Assembly: GCF_041146345.1 (NCBI RefSeq)
Contig: NW_027191408.1
Coordinates: forward strand, 124,001 to 188,000
Source: Neodothiora populina
Lineage: Eukaryota
Direction: 5' to 3'
DNA: 64,000 nt
Below, piece after piece: positions 46,645 to 57,801 of the stretch. The notes beneath the pieces are model-generated. The model made no database searches. It saw nothing but the letters and a program-made list of their open reading frames with translations, and was not told the DNA's origin. The position numbers and the translations under genes are program-made. Position 1 is the first letter of the stretch, and every line of letters starts with the position of its first letter.

Positions 46645-48346
46645 TCAAGCTTCGTCCATGAGAGCCGTCAGTTCATCTTTCGACAGGTTGAGCCTGCGCA
46701 TGACTAACTGTTTCGCAACCTCATTGGCGGCTTGTAGCGTTTCCAGCTCACGCACAGTCTCTGTCAGGGTAGCACTTTTGCTAAAACCACCTTGCTTGAG
46801 GTTCGGTACAAGGTCATTGAGGTTCTTGTAGCCATCTTTGATGATGTTCCTCCGCTTTTGTTCTGACTTTATGTGGTTCTCTCGCTTCTGCTCCTCTGTC
46901 AGATTCTTGCGAGCTGCTGCCGCTGCCGCGTCCGCTGCTGCATCCGTGCTGTCTTGCTGTCGGAGACTTCTGTCGGCAGCAGAGGATTTCCGTCGCTTGA
47001 GTGAGTTTTTGGTATTGACTATCGCAGCGGGCGCATCATCTCCGTCAGCGACAGAGTCAGCGCTTGACGGGCTCGCGACTCCGGGAGATTGTCCGTTGAC
47101 ATCTGGACTCGAGGCATTATTGCTGTTGCCGACCGTTGGAGATGCTTCCGGGCGAGGAGCGTATGGCGCAGGTTCATCAACTGCAACCCCCGATGCCGTT
47201 CTGCGGCGTTTTCGCGGACTCGGCCGTTCTCGATACGTCGCGCCTGCAGCTGCGCTCGCCTTTTGCTTGACGACTTGGTATGGATAGAGTTGAGTCGTCG
47301 AGAATTGGCCGTCCTGCCTCGAAGTGACGGGACTCTGTGGATGCGAACTTGCGGCCGAAGGAACTCCACTTTCTCCTGGGTAGCGAGCGATGCCACGAAT
47401 AAAGTCCATGTGGTGTTGGTCCGTCGCTCCTTGGTAGGGCCCATTATAGCCGTTCGGGTTGAAGTTGCTGTCTGAGCCGAATTGATAAGGCTGCTGAGAC
47501 GAATAAGAGTTCCTGGCAGGCATATACGAGGGGTTCGCAGGCGGACTATATGCAGCATTCGAATCTATCGAGGTACGGAAATGGCCATTTGATTGGTTGT
47601 ACTGCGACGTGCTGTAGTCTTGAAGTGGGGCAGGCATGCGCATGTGAGAAGATTGCGGGGGTCGGTACTCATGTGACGACAGATGTTCCTGGACAGAGTT
47701 GTGTGAAGGTAGAGCAGGACGTTGCAATGGAGTGTTCGCAGCCTGCTTCTGAGAACGATACTCGAAAAGCTTAGTAGCAGCCTTTAAGACGTCGTCTGGC
47801 GCATCCTCTTCGATACCAAAGCCGCTCAGCACATCCTGAGGTGGTTGCTGCATTGATATGGTGGAGGGATTGTGGTTGTCGTATGACGAGACATGTAAGT
47901 TATCTCCATTGTCCTGAGTCTGCCGGAGGGACGAGTCGTAAGCCTGCAAATATGGATGTGACGAATCGTTGGTCATCGAAGGTTCGTGGTAGCCCCAGGG
48001 TGCATTGGCATCAAAAGTGAAAGGAAAGTTAGGATTGTCTAGATAGGACGTTACGGCGGGATTCTGCAGCAGAGTTGTGGCATTGTTGTCTGGGCTGTCG
48101 AAGAATTGGTCCAGTCCGGTTTGTAACACGTCGTCCAAGATGGGCTGTCCTCGAAGTTGTGAGAGGTCTGCCTCAGGTGGACCGATGGTATCTGTCCAAG
48201 TAAACTCCATGATTAGTTTTGTCGTGATGATACAATCTTGATGATGGTCGAATAGAAAGAAAGGATCTAATCAGCAGTGGAAGAGACATACAGCCGAATG
48301 GGTTTGGATGTGAAGATGGTTGCTGCGCATGGTTTGATTCGGCCAT
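46645..48346 (-). CDS. bHLH transcription factor (Ino2/Ino4- or Mlx-like). Exons 48346-48292, 48191-46645
   Basis: C-terminal bHLH RKNLTEEQKRENHIKSEQKRRNIIKDGYKNLNDLVP...FSKSATL. Intron 48192-48291 (GTATGT, ACTAAT, CAG) adds MAESNHAQQPSSHPNPFG|Y in frame. Confidence 0.85.
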
Positions 48347-50097
48347 CGTGACTCGTGCCGCCTGATCAAGGGCACGTGTTGCTGATGAGGCAGCCGTGAA
48401 TGTGATGGCAGCAGCGATGCGCTGTCAGGCTTGTGCGACTTGTATAGCAAGTGAGGATGTGCAAGCGGCTCTCGAAGGTGTTCTTGAGCGGTGGGATCCC
48501 TCAATTTCATGATCTTGTATATACTGTGCCTAATTCATGTACGGGTCGTGTTTGTTGGATCGCAGTCGTACAACAGCGGTCGGGTCAAATGATTGCTGGG
48601 TCGCGAGTCGATGAAGTTGAAGTGACGGATAGGATTACGACAATCCGATGAGATTATATCGTATGTTGGGAAAGTCCAAGCAGCTCAGGCTGAGAGGAAG
48701 GCAGGCACAGTAGCAGAAGATGGATGGGTTTGGTTCCCGTGACACTGATCCTGGTGGAATAAAAGTAAGCACATATGTCACTGTTTACTTGGACTATGAT
48801 ATGCAGAAAGAGTTATAATCAAACAAACCTACGCGCTTCTTGCTGTCTTTTGTGTATACCTAGTATAAGTTGTTCGAGGTTGAGCAAGACATTCACTCGA
48901 ACCGTGACGCTCTGGTGGGAGACGTTTCAAGCATGTGAAAGTCGCCCTGCCTGCAGTCCACAATCCACAATCCAACAACAGCCTGCCTACCTTACCTTAC
49001 CTGACCTTACTTAACTCCCAGCTTACCAGTAGATATCTTAGCCGCCTTACCCACTTGGCCTTAGTCTGCCTCTGCCCATGTCATGCCCTGGCATCCCTGC
49101 GACTTCCCTCCCGCACTTCGGGCCGAGCCCTAGTCTGGGCGACTGCTGCGGCGTCTCCTCTCACCTTCAATTCATCAGGTGCTTGCCTTCGCATTGTTAC
49201 GAGTGAAGGTATAGTGACCGGAGTCATCGCAGCATTGAATGACTCATGTGACAACCATCGAGGCAGTCCTCGCTAGACTGTATAAGGTACTTTATAGCAC
49301 CCCCACCACTTGCCGCACATAATGTACTGCATCTCAACGAGAGCAAAGCATTGAACGGCCCGTGATGATGATGGTAGACGCGAATGGAGCAATTGACAGG
49401 AGCACAGTTGCTCAGCCGCTCCCGGCCGGATCCTCATGGATCTGGGCATCTTATGTACCTTGCTCACTTCTTCACCCTAGCTGTGAGTCCGCAAGCCTCA
49501 TCCTATTTTAGTTCACTCTTGCAAATGCGCACCACAATGGGATCGATCCTTTGCTGATAGAGAGCATCATAAATCGCTTTGATTCTATGGGAAGTAATGC
49601 TTGCATTGTAACAATGGACCTACTGGTGGAAATGTTACGATCTGATTGGGCGAGGACCTGCCTGAGAGGTATTGTCTCTATTGCTTCCCAGTTCGAAGAC
49701 TTCCATCTCCTGCCATTGGGCGATTGTACAAACCACAGCCAGGAATCCAAGTACGTAGTGAGTTCAAAGGGGATACATTGGCTTGGCAGCTCTGCGCGTA
49801 CCTGTACTGTGCACCCAAACAAAAGATAGCTCTGCGCTGGCTATCAATCTAATCTGAAGTCAGGCTCTCATGCACGTTAAGTCATACCTAAGGTGGACAC
49901 TCCCTTCCATTGGCGACAGCTACCCCTCGCTCGTAGTATGTAGAAGAAATCGCAACAGCTAACTGTGCGATTTTGTCTTGTCTCTCTGCATCCTGATGCG
50001 ACGCTTTTTGATTGCGCAGTGCCGGACAAAACTTTTGGCCCCCACCAATATTACTCATCGTTAGGACCAAGTCCTTCTTTTCGGTGGCGATAGCGAG

Positions 50098-50908
50098 ATG
50101 TGTGAGTCTTTTGTAAGCGTTGCCTCTGAAGTATCAAGGCTGATGAGTGTGCCACTCGTGCGCAGCAGCCGTGTATGATCCTCTCGCAGAGTGGGCCTCG
50201 GAGAATGATCGTTTCGAAAGTCTTCTTGTCGGAGGGGGCAATGTTCACAACTTATCCGAGGGCAAGAGGGCCACGAGGAAAATAAACTCCGACAGCAGCT
50301 CCCTGGTCGTCGCAGTTGGGGAGCTGAGCGAGCGTGCCCGGTCTCTCGCTTCTGCCAATGTGCCATCTCTGACCGACACAATGACCACCCTCAGTATTGG
50401 TATGTCTGCCGCATCGCTTGGCACGGATCAAAGTGCTTGTCTCTCGATCGTACCACATACCAGTCCGGGAAACACAGCAGGCAGGCCAGGGCTCTATCAA
50501 TGCCCGCTCGAGTTCATCGGTTGTGGCCAGACCTTCGACGATCCAAGGGACTGTCATAACCACTCCCTGATCCACTTCAAGAGCAAATTACCACCATCCA
50601 CAGCCAAATGTCCTTTCTGCACTGTTTGGTCCGTAGAGCCTGGCCCAGGAGCATGGGCGGCTCACGTAGCTCATGTATGTGAACACCAGCTCGTCGACAG
50701 ATTGCGTCTGGGCCCTCATTGTCGATTTGACTATGGTTTATTCCACCATCTATGGCGTGTCGGCTCGGTGAGTATGCCTCAGTTTCAGGATCTAGTGTCG
50801 CATAATCGATGCAACGTGGGCGAAGCATCCGTGGAATCCAATAACCCAGGAAGAGACAGAAGGAAAGGCATGCCTGCCGTAGCCGCAGGGAGACGGTCCT
50901 TGCGTTGA
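50098..50908 (+). CDS. Fungal Cys/His zinc-finger-like protein (about 248 aa). Exons 50098-50101, 50166-50908
   Basis: CPLEFIGC...HSLIHF and CPFC...HVAHVCEH spacing, then RFDYGLFHHLW. ATG-T|GTGAGT...GCTGAT...CAG (50102-50165) supplies an ATG for the ORF that otherwise starts at GTG. Confidence 0.7.
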
Positions 50909-52262
50909 GACTCTTGTTGGACAAACCGGAAAGATGGCGAGGGATACGGCTGAAGGCGGGTGCTGACGACGAGAGTGGACGGATTGACGAGTGGACGACT
51001 GACGAATGATGACTTATGACAGACGACAGCGAAGGAAGTTTTGGTGGTTCTGCGTAGGCTGCTTGACAGATGCTTAGTGAAGAGCATGTTCCACCTGTCA
51101 TGGAAATCGATGCAGCAGCAAAGCGTAGTGATGATGGTTAGATGACTTGTATAGTCAGTGAGCCTTGCACAACATTGGAGAACGCTCAACCATTTCTTTT
51201 CAGTAGTTTTCCCGAGGAGATCTTGAAAGGGAGAGAGATTGCGAAACAACTCCATAAGATCGATACCCACTTGACTCTGGGACAAATAGTCCTACACTGT
51301 ATAAGTACTTACCGTGAACAACACCATCTCACGACACTAATCAATCATACGACCCTACCACATGACCAGCAACCAAACCAGACCAGAATCCCACAATAAG
51401 AAAGGAAAATCCCAAGAGACCACAAACGCGAAAAACAAAAGCAGAAGAATCCCAAGAGGAGTCTTCGCAATAAAAGTATATATATGTAAGGTATTCATAT
51501 ATACCCACGAGAACCATTAAAGTGGCTGTGCAAGCGCGATATGCAAGGCAGGAAATCCTACCTCACCTTATCCTGCACTGCGCCCCCCAACCCAGCAAAT
51601 AATGGGTACTTTACACCGCATTTATGGGCGCCTACACACCTACAATACACACACACACACACTTTCCAGAACTTCATCGCATCTACATGTACTGCGCATC
51701 GATATATCTAGAATATATATATATATTTTTCCTCCTTGCGGTGCTCGCCTTGAATTTGCCATTTCCCGGCACAAGATGACACACATTATGAATCAAGCAA
51801 ATACCTATTCACCAGCTGGGTCAAGGATCCTGATCTCGAGGATAGGACCACCTGGACAAGATCTCGTATACACGCGCAGTCGTGTATAGTGATACAAGAA
51901 ATGGATGTGATATGCTATGTTAGCCATGCACCTCATCACTGATTTCTAGCAGGTGTGGTGGTAGCTCTTGTGACTGAATAGTGGTGGGCGCGTGCTTGTG
52001 GTGTGAGTGTAGTGTGGGTGTGGATGTGTCATGTGGCTCTTTCTCGAAGTCAGGGCGACCAAGTAAGGTATATTAGGTAAGTGCTATTGCTACTTTTGCG
52101 ATGATGGCAATTTCTCATGTGATGATGTCTCTAGGTCATCAAGGTAGATGCATAAAAAAAGGTAAAATTGTGTCAATGGTCGCTATCGCCATCAAGAAAA
52201 GGAAAAAAAGGAAATCTGCAACCTGATATACAGATAATGATACCCAGCCAAGCAAAGTAAAG

Positions 52263-55200
52263 TCATCCATCCTGTTTGCCTTTTCCCTTCCACCGTCCAA
52301 CATCCTGATCACTAGCAATGGTAGAATCGATACGACCATTCTGCCTCAGTTCACGCATCCTCAACTCCCTATCCAAACGCATCTCCTCGCTCTCTCTTCT
52401 CTGACGATTCATCGTCTCCATGCGTGCAAAGTAGTCCGCGATCGCGTCATCCCAGTCCGGGCCAAGTTCGCTCGCATACATCTCTACCGCGGAGTCGCTA
52501 CCGATGTCGAACACGCTATAGATCAACTGTCTGTCATCCTCGACGTCCAGGCCTATAACTTCGACTTCTTGACTGGTCGCTTCTTGTTCACTCGCCAGGT
52601 AGGCCTGGATGTCGTCTAGATGGTGAAATCGATCTGGAAAGTCGTGTTTCCAAATTTCGATGTAGGGGTTCCAAGTCTCGTCCATGTCAAGCCTAAACCA
52701 ATGAGCATCGTCAGTGGAGATGAATTTTCATAAGATCTAACAAGGACAACTCACGCATCAATCCAGCCGCTTTCCTCATCTATGGCCGATCCTAGTTGGT
52801 ATTGTAGGAATCGATGATCCTCAATCCTCCAATTTATGATCGGTTCTGGCACTGCGTGAGCTGGCATCTCTCGTATCTGCTGTATAGATAGACTTTGTTC
52901 AGGTGGAGCAGATAGTTTTCGTTCAGGTGGACTGGGTGATTTGGAAAAATTGAAGGCTGCTTCAAACAAATCACCCAAAGGTGACGAGATGCGAAGCCGT
53001 GCTTCTTCTGCAAAGATCTCAGACAACTTAGCTGGTTCTGTGCTCTCTGAGACACCCAGACATTTGAGTCTTGCAGCCCTCTCAGCCTTGGTCTTACCTT
53101 GCAAGTGAGATCCTTGACGCTCAACATCCTCTGCCGTAAATTTCTTTGCTGGTCTGTTCGACGTCTGTTTTGGTTTGGACGATGAAGCACCTGGAGGATC
53201 GATGTCGAACTTCACTTTCTTGTGAACGGTCTCTGCGCTGGGAGCTCGGCCTCGTTTCCTGTCTTCCACTTCACACTGCTCAATGTATGCCCGCATGCGA
53301 TCCCTGAGATCTTTCTCAAGAGTAGTGTCATCCGAAAGCGTATCGCTATGGACTCTTTCGCCTTCACTTTGATGCTGGTCCCCTGTACGAGCCTCTGACT
53401 TCTGCCTTCTGTCTTCAGCAGACCCTAATGGAGGCGTTATATCTCTTGCATGCTTTGAGTCCCATGGTGGTATCCTGGGTGACTCTGCACGGGTAATGCT
53501 GCTTGCTCGCTCACCACGAATAGCCATTGCGTTGCGCCGTTTGTGAAAATTCCTGGTCTTGTAGAGTTCGGAAGCAGAGATACCTCGTACATTCAGTCGA
53601 TAATCGTCGGCCAGTGTATCGGGGTTCAACGCCCCCCTGATTCTGCACGTCTTCGCATTATCTGGGCACGTCTCGCCGGCGTCACAGGCATGTAAGTTGT
53701 ACTGCCATGCTCAGCGAGGCGACCAAAGAGGCCAAGGTTCTTTGATTCTTTATCGTCATCATCATCAACGAGGGGCCCATCATCAAACATCTCCTTCTGT
53801 CGCATTGCTTGCTCGGCGTAGTCGAATTGAATAATCATTCCAGGGCTTTTGAATCCAGTCGGAGGAGGCGTGTTGCCTCGCCTTCTGCTCATTGTCAGTG
53901 GAGAAACCTGACTACCTTCGTGCCAAATGACTAAATTTAGCTTTGTTGCATCCTCTGGTGTTAATCTGCCGTAGTTAAGAGTTGCAAGAGATGCGCGCTT
54001 CAATGTCGGCCGCGAGGGCGGAGCAATACTTTGCGCATCTACAACTTCGCCGCTGTCTTTATTATAGTTGATGTGTTGCAGACCCCTGACGACCTCATAC
54101 TGGAGCTCCGTAGGTGCTCCTGTTGCAAGCAGCCACTTCTCTTTCTGGGCTCTTGTGACGAACGTGTCCTGGAACCAGCGGCTCTGCATGACACCACGTG
54201 TCGAGACAATCTATGCCTTGTCATATCTGTCTGTGTCCTCTTCGTTGTCATCTATCTTGCTGGCTGATGGGTTGTAGTCGCCCTTAGAGTCTACGTACAC
54301 TACGTTTGCTCCCTCTGACTGCGTTGCTGCAGCCGAATCATCATCCAGAACATCTTGTGCAATCCATTCAGGCACATCACCAATGCGCATTAGGAACAAC
54401 TTCCTTTCTCTTGTGACACCAGGTTCCCGTAATTCCAGTTGTTGGAGATTCTTATGGACATTGTTAATGTACTCGTCGCAGTGCGATTGATATTGCTCCA
54501 TTTCCAGCTCAGTCTCTTCACCCAAGATTGTTTCAGTAACGCTTGGGTCGACATCCCAGATTTTGAGGACGAAGTGCTGCTCACTTTTTGACTTAAGACG
54601 ATATTGTGGTTGACTTACGAAATTCTTGACTGTTTGCAGATACATTGAATCCCAATGTTCCATGATCAGATCCACCGGCAGCCCTCGAGAAACAAGCTGA
54701 GCGATGTTGGTTTCTTGATTATACCGAAGGGCTCTCGGGTCGCAAAGATATTGACGTATCCTCTGAAGTTGGATTTCTTCGCTCTCAGTTGCCGAGACAT
54801 GCTCTAGTCGTGTCGTCCAAACATTGTTGATGATATGTATCGGTATACCGAATGCAGCATCCGAACGGCGAAGTTGTTCTACAGTATATTGCGGATTGGC
54901 AGCGAGATGACCGTATAGCACATTGAACAGTACTTCCTCGGACGTCCCATCATTAAAGCTAGCTGCATTGCTACTCGAAGCAACAGGGCTGGAGCCCGCA
55001 GCGAGACCTGAACTTTCTCCTTTAGCAGTTTCCGTGCGATTGGTGCCGGGTGTATCATGTGCCACTGCGGAGCTCGGCCCACTGTTAGCTCCGCCAGTGC
55101 TAATATCATGGTAGTTTCCGTCGTTCTCTCCTTCCGCTTCGATCTGGAATTTCTCAAGAATTTTCTCGGATACACCCATGGACATCAGTATAGCACAACG

Positions 55201-55728
55201 AAGCCGAGTTGAGTGCGAGTGATAGTCCGGATGCTTCAGGTATCCTACGACCATCTGGATCTGATGCGCCTCATCAGGACCTTCGCCATGACTCACAGTG
55301 CCGGTTTCTGGTTCGACTTCGTGCTCCTGACCCAAAGCAGTAGGGTCTTCGCCGGCGCCGAGCAATAACCACAGTGGACTATGCATGGTCGCGTCGACAA
55401 CCACCTCGGATTCTTTGTCGTCATCCGTTGCTGTGACCGGTGCTTCAAGTGCGGACTGAGGATGATCTGGAATCGATGGGGGTGAAGTTGGGAGACCGTC
55501 TTCTTCTAATTTTTGGACTGGGCATGTATGCTGTATGTATGGGACTTCTTCCATGGCAAGATCAGGTACAGTAGGCTCATCTACCGTGGCGAGTCTCGGC
55601 CGTTCTGAGAGGCCCGCTGTACATGCGATTGCGATGGTCGGTAATGTCTCATGGTCGTGGCTCATGTCTTCCTCTTTCGCCTCTGCACATCTATCATCGG
55701 CCTCCGGAGAGTGTTCAGAGTCCTCCAT
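52263..55728 (-). pseudogene. Disrupted gene of about 1134 codons with tandem Pex14-N-like repeats: in-frame TAG at 54213-54211, frameshift at the C6 run 53632-53637, intron 52693-52754
   Basis: ORFs 55728-54211 and 54189-53626 are in the same frame, separated only by a TAG plus 7 sense codons. One extra G joins the second to ORF 53629-52751. A GTGAGT/ACTGAC/TAG intron joins that to ORF 52685-52263 in frame. Confidence 0.65.
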
Positions 55729-57801
55729 TCCTTCAATGACAGTTCAAGTGGCCCTAAGGACTTCTAGCAACAATCTAGTTCTGTAAGGTAAGCTTTAATA
55801 GCATGGTAATCATGAGAAGATATGCAACGTTATTCAATGTAACTCGTTAGGCAGCTATGGGTCAATTTCTGTTACGACAATTCCTCTGTTACTAGGATCG
55901 GTTGCTTAGGTAGAATCATGGGAGAAGCGAGCATACGGAGCTGATATACCTTACTGGGGAAAGAGCGACCTAGAATCCGAAATAGTATCCAAAGGTAATG
56001 ATATGAGCACGCAATACTTGGCTCTAGTCACTTCGACATGGCATCCTTACGGTCAGTGACACTGTATACCTTAGTTATCTTGCGATTCATTGTGGCTGAG
56101 ACCGAGTCAATTATAGGGAAAGGAGAGCACTATCACCAATGTATACTTGCGATGGTTTGATCAAGGACGATTCCATAGCACAGCTGATGGGGATCACCCC
56201 ACTCAGAGCGTCGTAGCATGCCCAGCCATGATAACGGCACGGTTGAGTGTCGACAGAATGTTAGTTGAACGGTGTAAGCTTATGGTATTCGTGTCTGTAT
56301 CCGTAATATTTTGCTTCGTAGCCTGGAGGTCTCTAAGGCTCTAGGCACTCATTTGCTTCTTTTTCGGCCTTTTTCTCTTGCTCGCCCTCTGTATCTGCAC
56401 CTGATTCCTAGATCAGAAGTCAAGAAACGGGTAGGTTTGACACCTTCTCGAGGGCACCCTGTCCTGACGCCGGATCTGACTGTTCTATTGCGCAGTGATG
56501 TTTGATCAGACTAATATGGCAAGGGCCATCAATTTTGCTTTTCTGAAACACTGGCGATTGTCTAGCAGACATGACCTCTAGGCTTCCTGGTTGGGGACTG
56601 CGTCTATTGCGACATCTTCGTGGCGTTTACGCGCAGCATGTTGTAGCCGTGTGGTGTACTCAAAGAATGGCCTCTCCATGATGCTCGCCCTCGAATCCAT
56701 AAGCAGCCAGCTTCTTTTGTTTCGCCTTTTCTCTCGTCTTCCTAGTGGCTTGCTCTTGCTTGTGCAGTTCGAACACCTGTTCCAGCGGCGCAAGTTGATA
56801 CGGTTCGGGTACTTGGTCGTCCTTGTCAAGGTCCTGCGGGGATAATGAGCATCATCAAAGCCTCCATGGTGAATGTGTTTTGAAGGTCAATCATACAATT
56901 TCACCTAACAGCAGTACATTCTCGCCTCTGACGAGGAATAAACCCCGCGTTACGTCGGCGTAGAGGTTTTGCGCAAAGAGCCGTTCAACCGTGTCCTGGA
57001 GCACCAGATTTCCTGTAGAATCAAGAAGCATAAGAGAGAATACACGCTACACACTCGCTGGCGCTGTTGATTCTACATACCGAATTGGTCCCAACTCCTT
57101 AATACTCCGATCATTTTTCTCCCGTCTCGTAGTGAAATCACTAGTTTCTCTGAAGTTGCACACCACTGCGTCAGTCGCATGGTTCTGAGCGTGTTCAATT
57201 GGATGCGCGCATCGAAAAGGACCATGGGAGATGCTCACTATCGGTCAAGTCGAGGAGTTGCGCTGCGGTCGTGAACATTTGAGGTGGTAATTGAGGGACG
57301 GGGGGGGGGTCCTGGGGGAGGACCGACCCCTAGAGGCGGCGCATCTCGTATGCTGAGGTTCTCCATTTTGTTATGCTTTTCAGTCTAGTTGCGTTATTGA
57401 TTGCAGGGCAACGATATCATGGCAGAATGATGGTATAATTCGATTATCAGATGCTATGGGCGGCGCGTTCAGGTGCAATGACGAGGTCGAAGAGATGGTT
57501 GGTCCGTGCAACGAAGCACACCACACATCACTCTTCCGACTCCATCTGTACCATACACGATTCATGTTGTCACTGACAGATTGCACTCGGCCAATTTCTG
57601 AGCATTATAAATACTGTGCGAGCTCGAGGTAGTAGGTAAGTTTGTGCTATAATTGAACGCCGCTGCTCAAGCGTCCTTGTTTCCGAGTCATCTCCTCGAT
57701 CATGACACCATCCAAGACGCTTTTACTGTCGTTATCCTCCCAATCCTTTTGATTCGACGACAGGGAACCGGAAGTCGTTATAGATGTCTTGCCCAATCTC
57801 A

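Noticed and set aside
49508..49852. Overlapping 70-100 aa ORFs on both strands
   Set aside because: Non-ATG starts, no recognisable domain, and no exon chain I could build.
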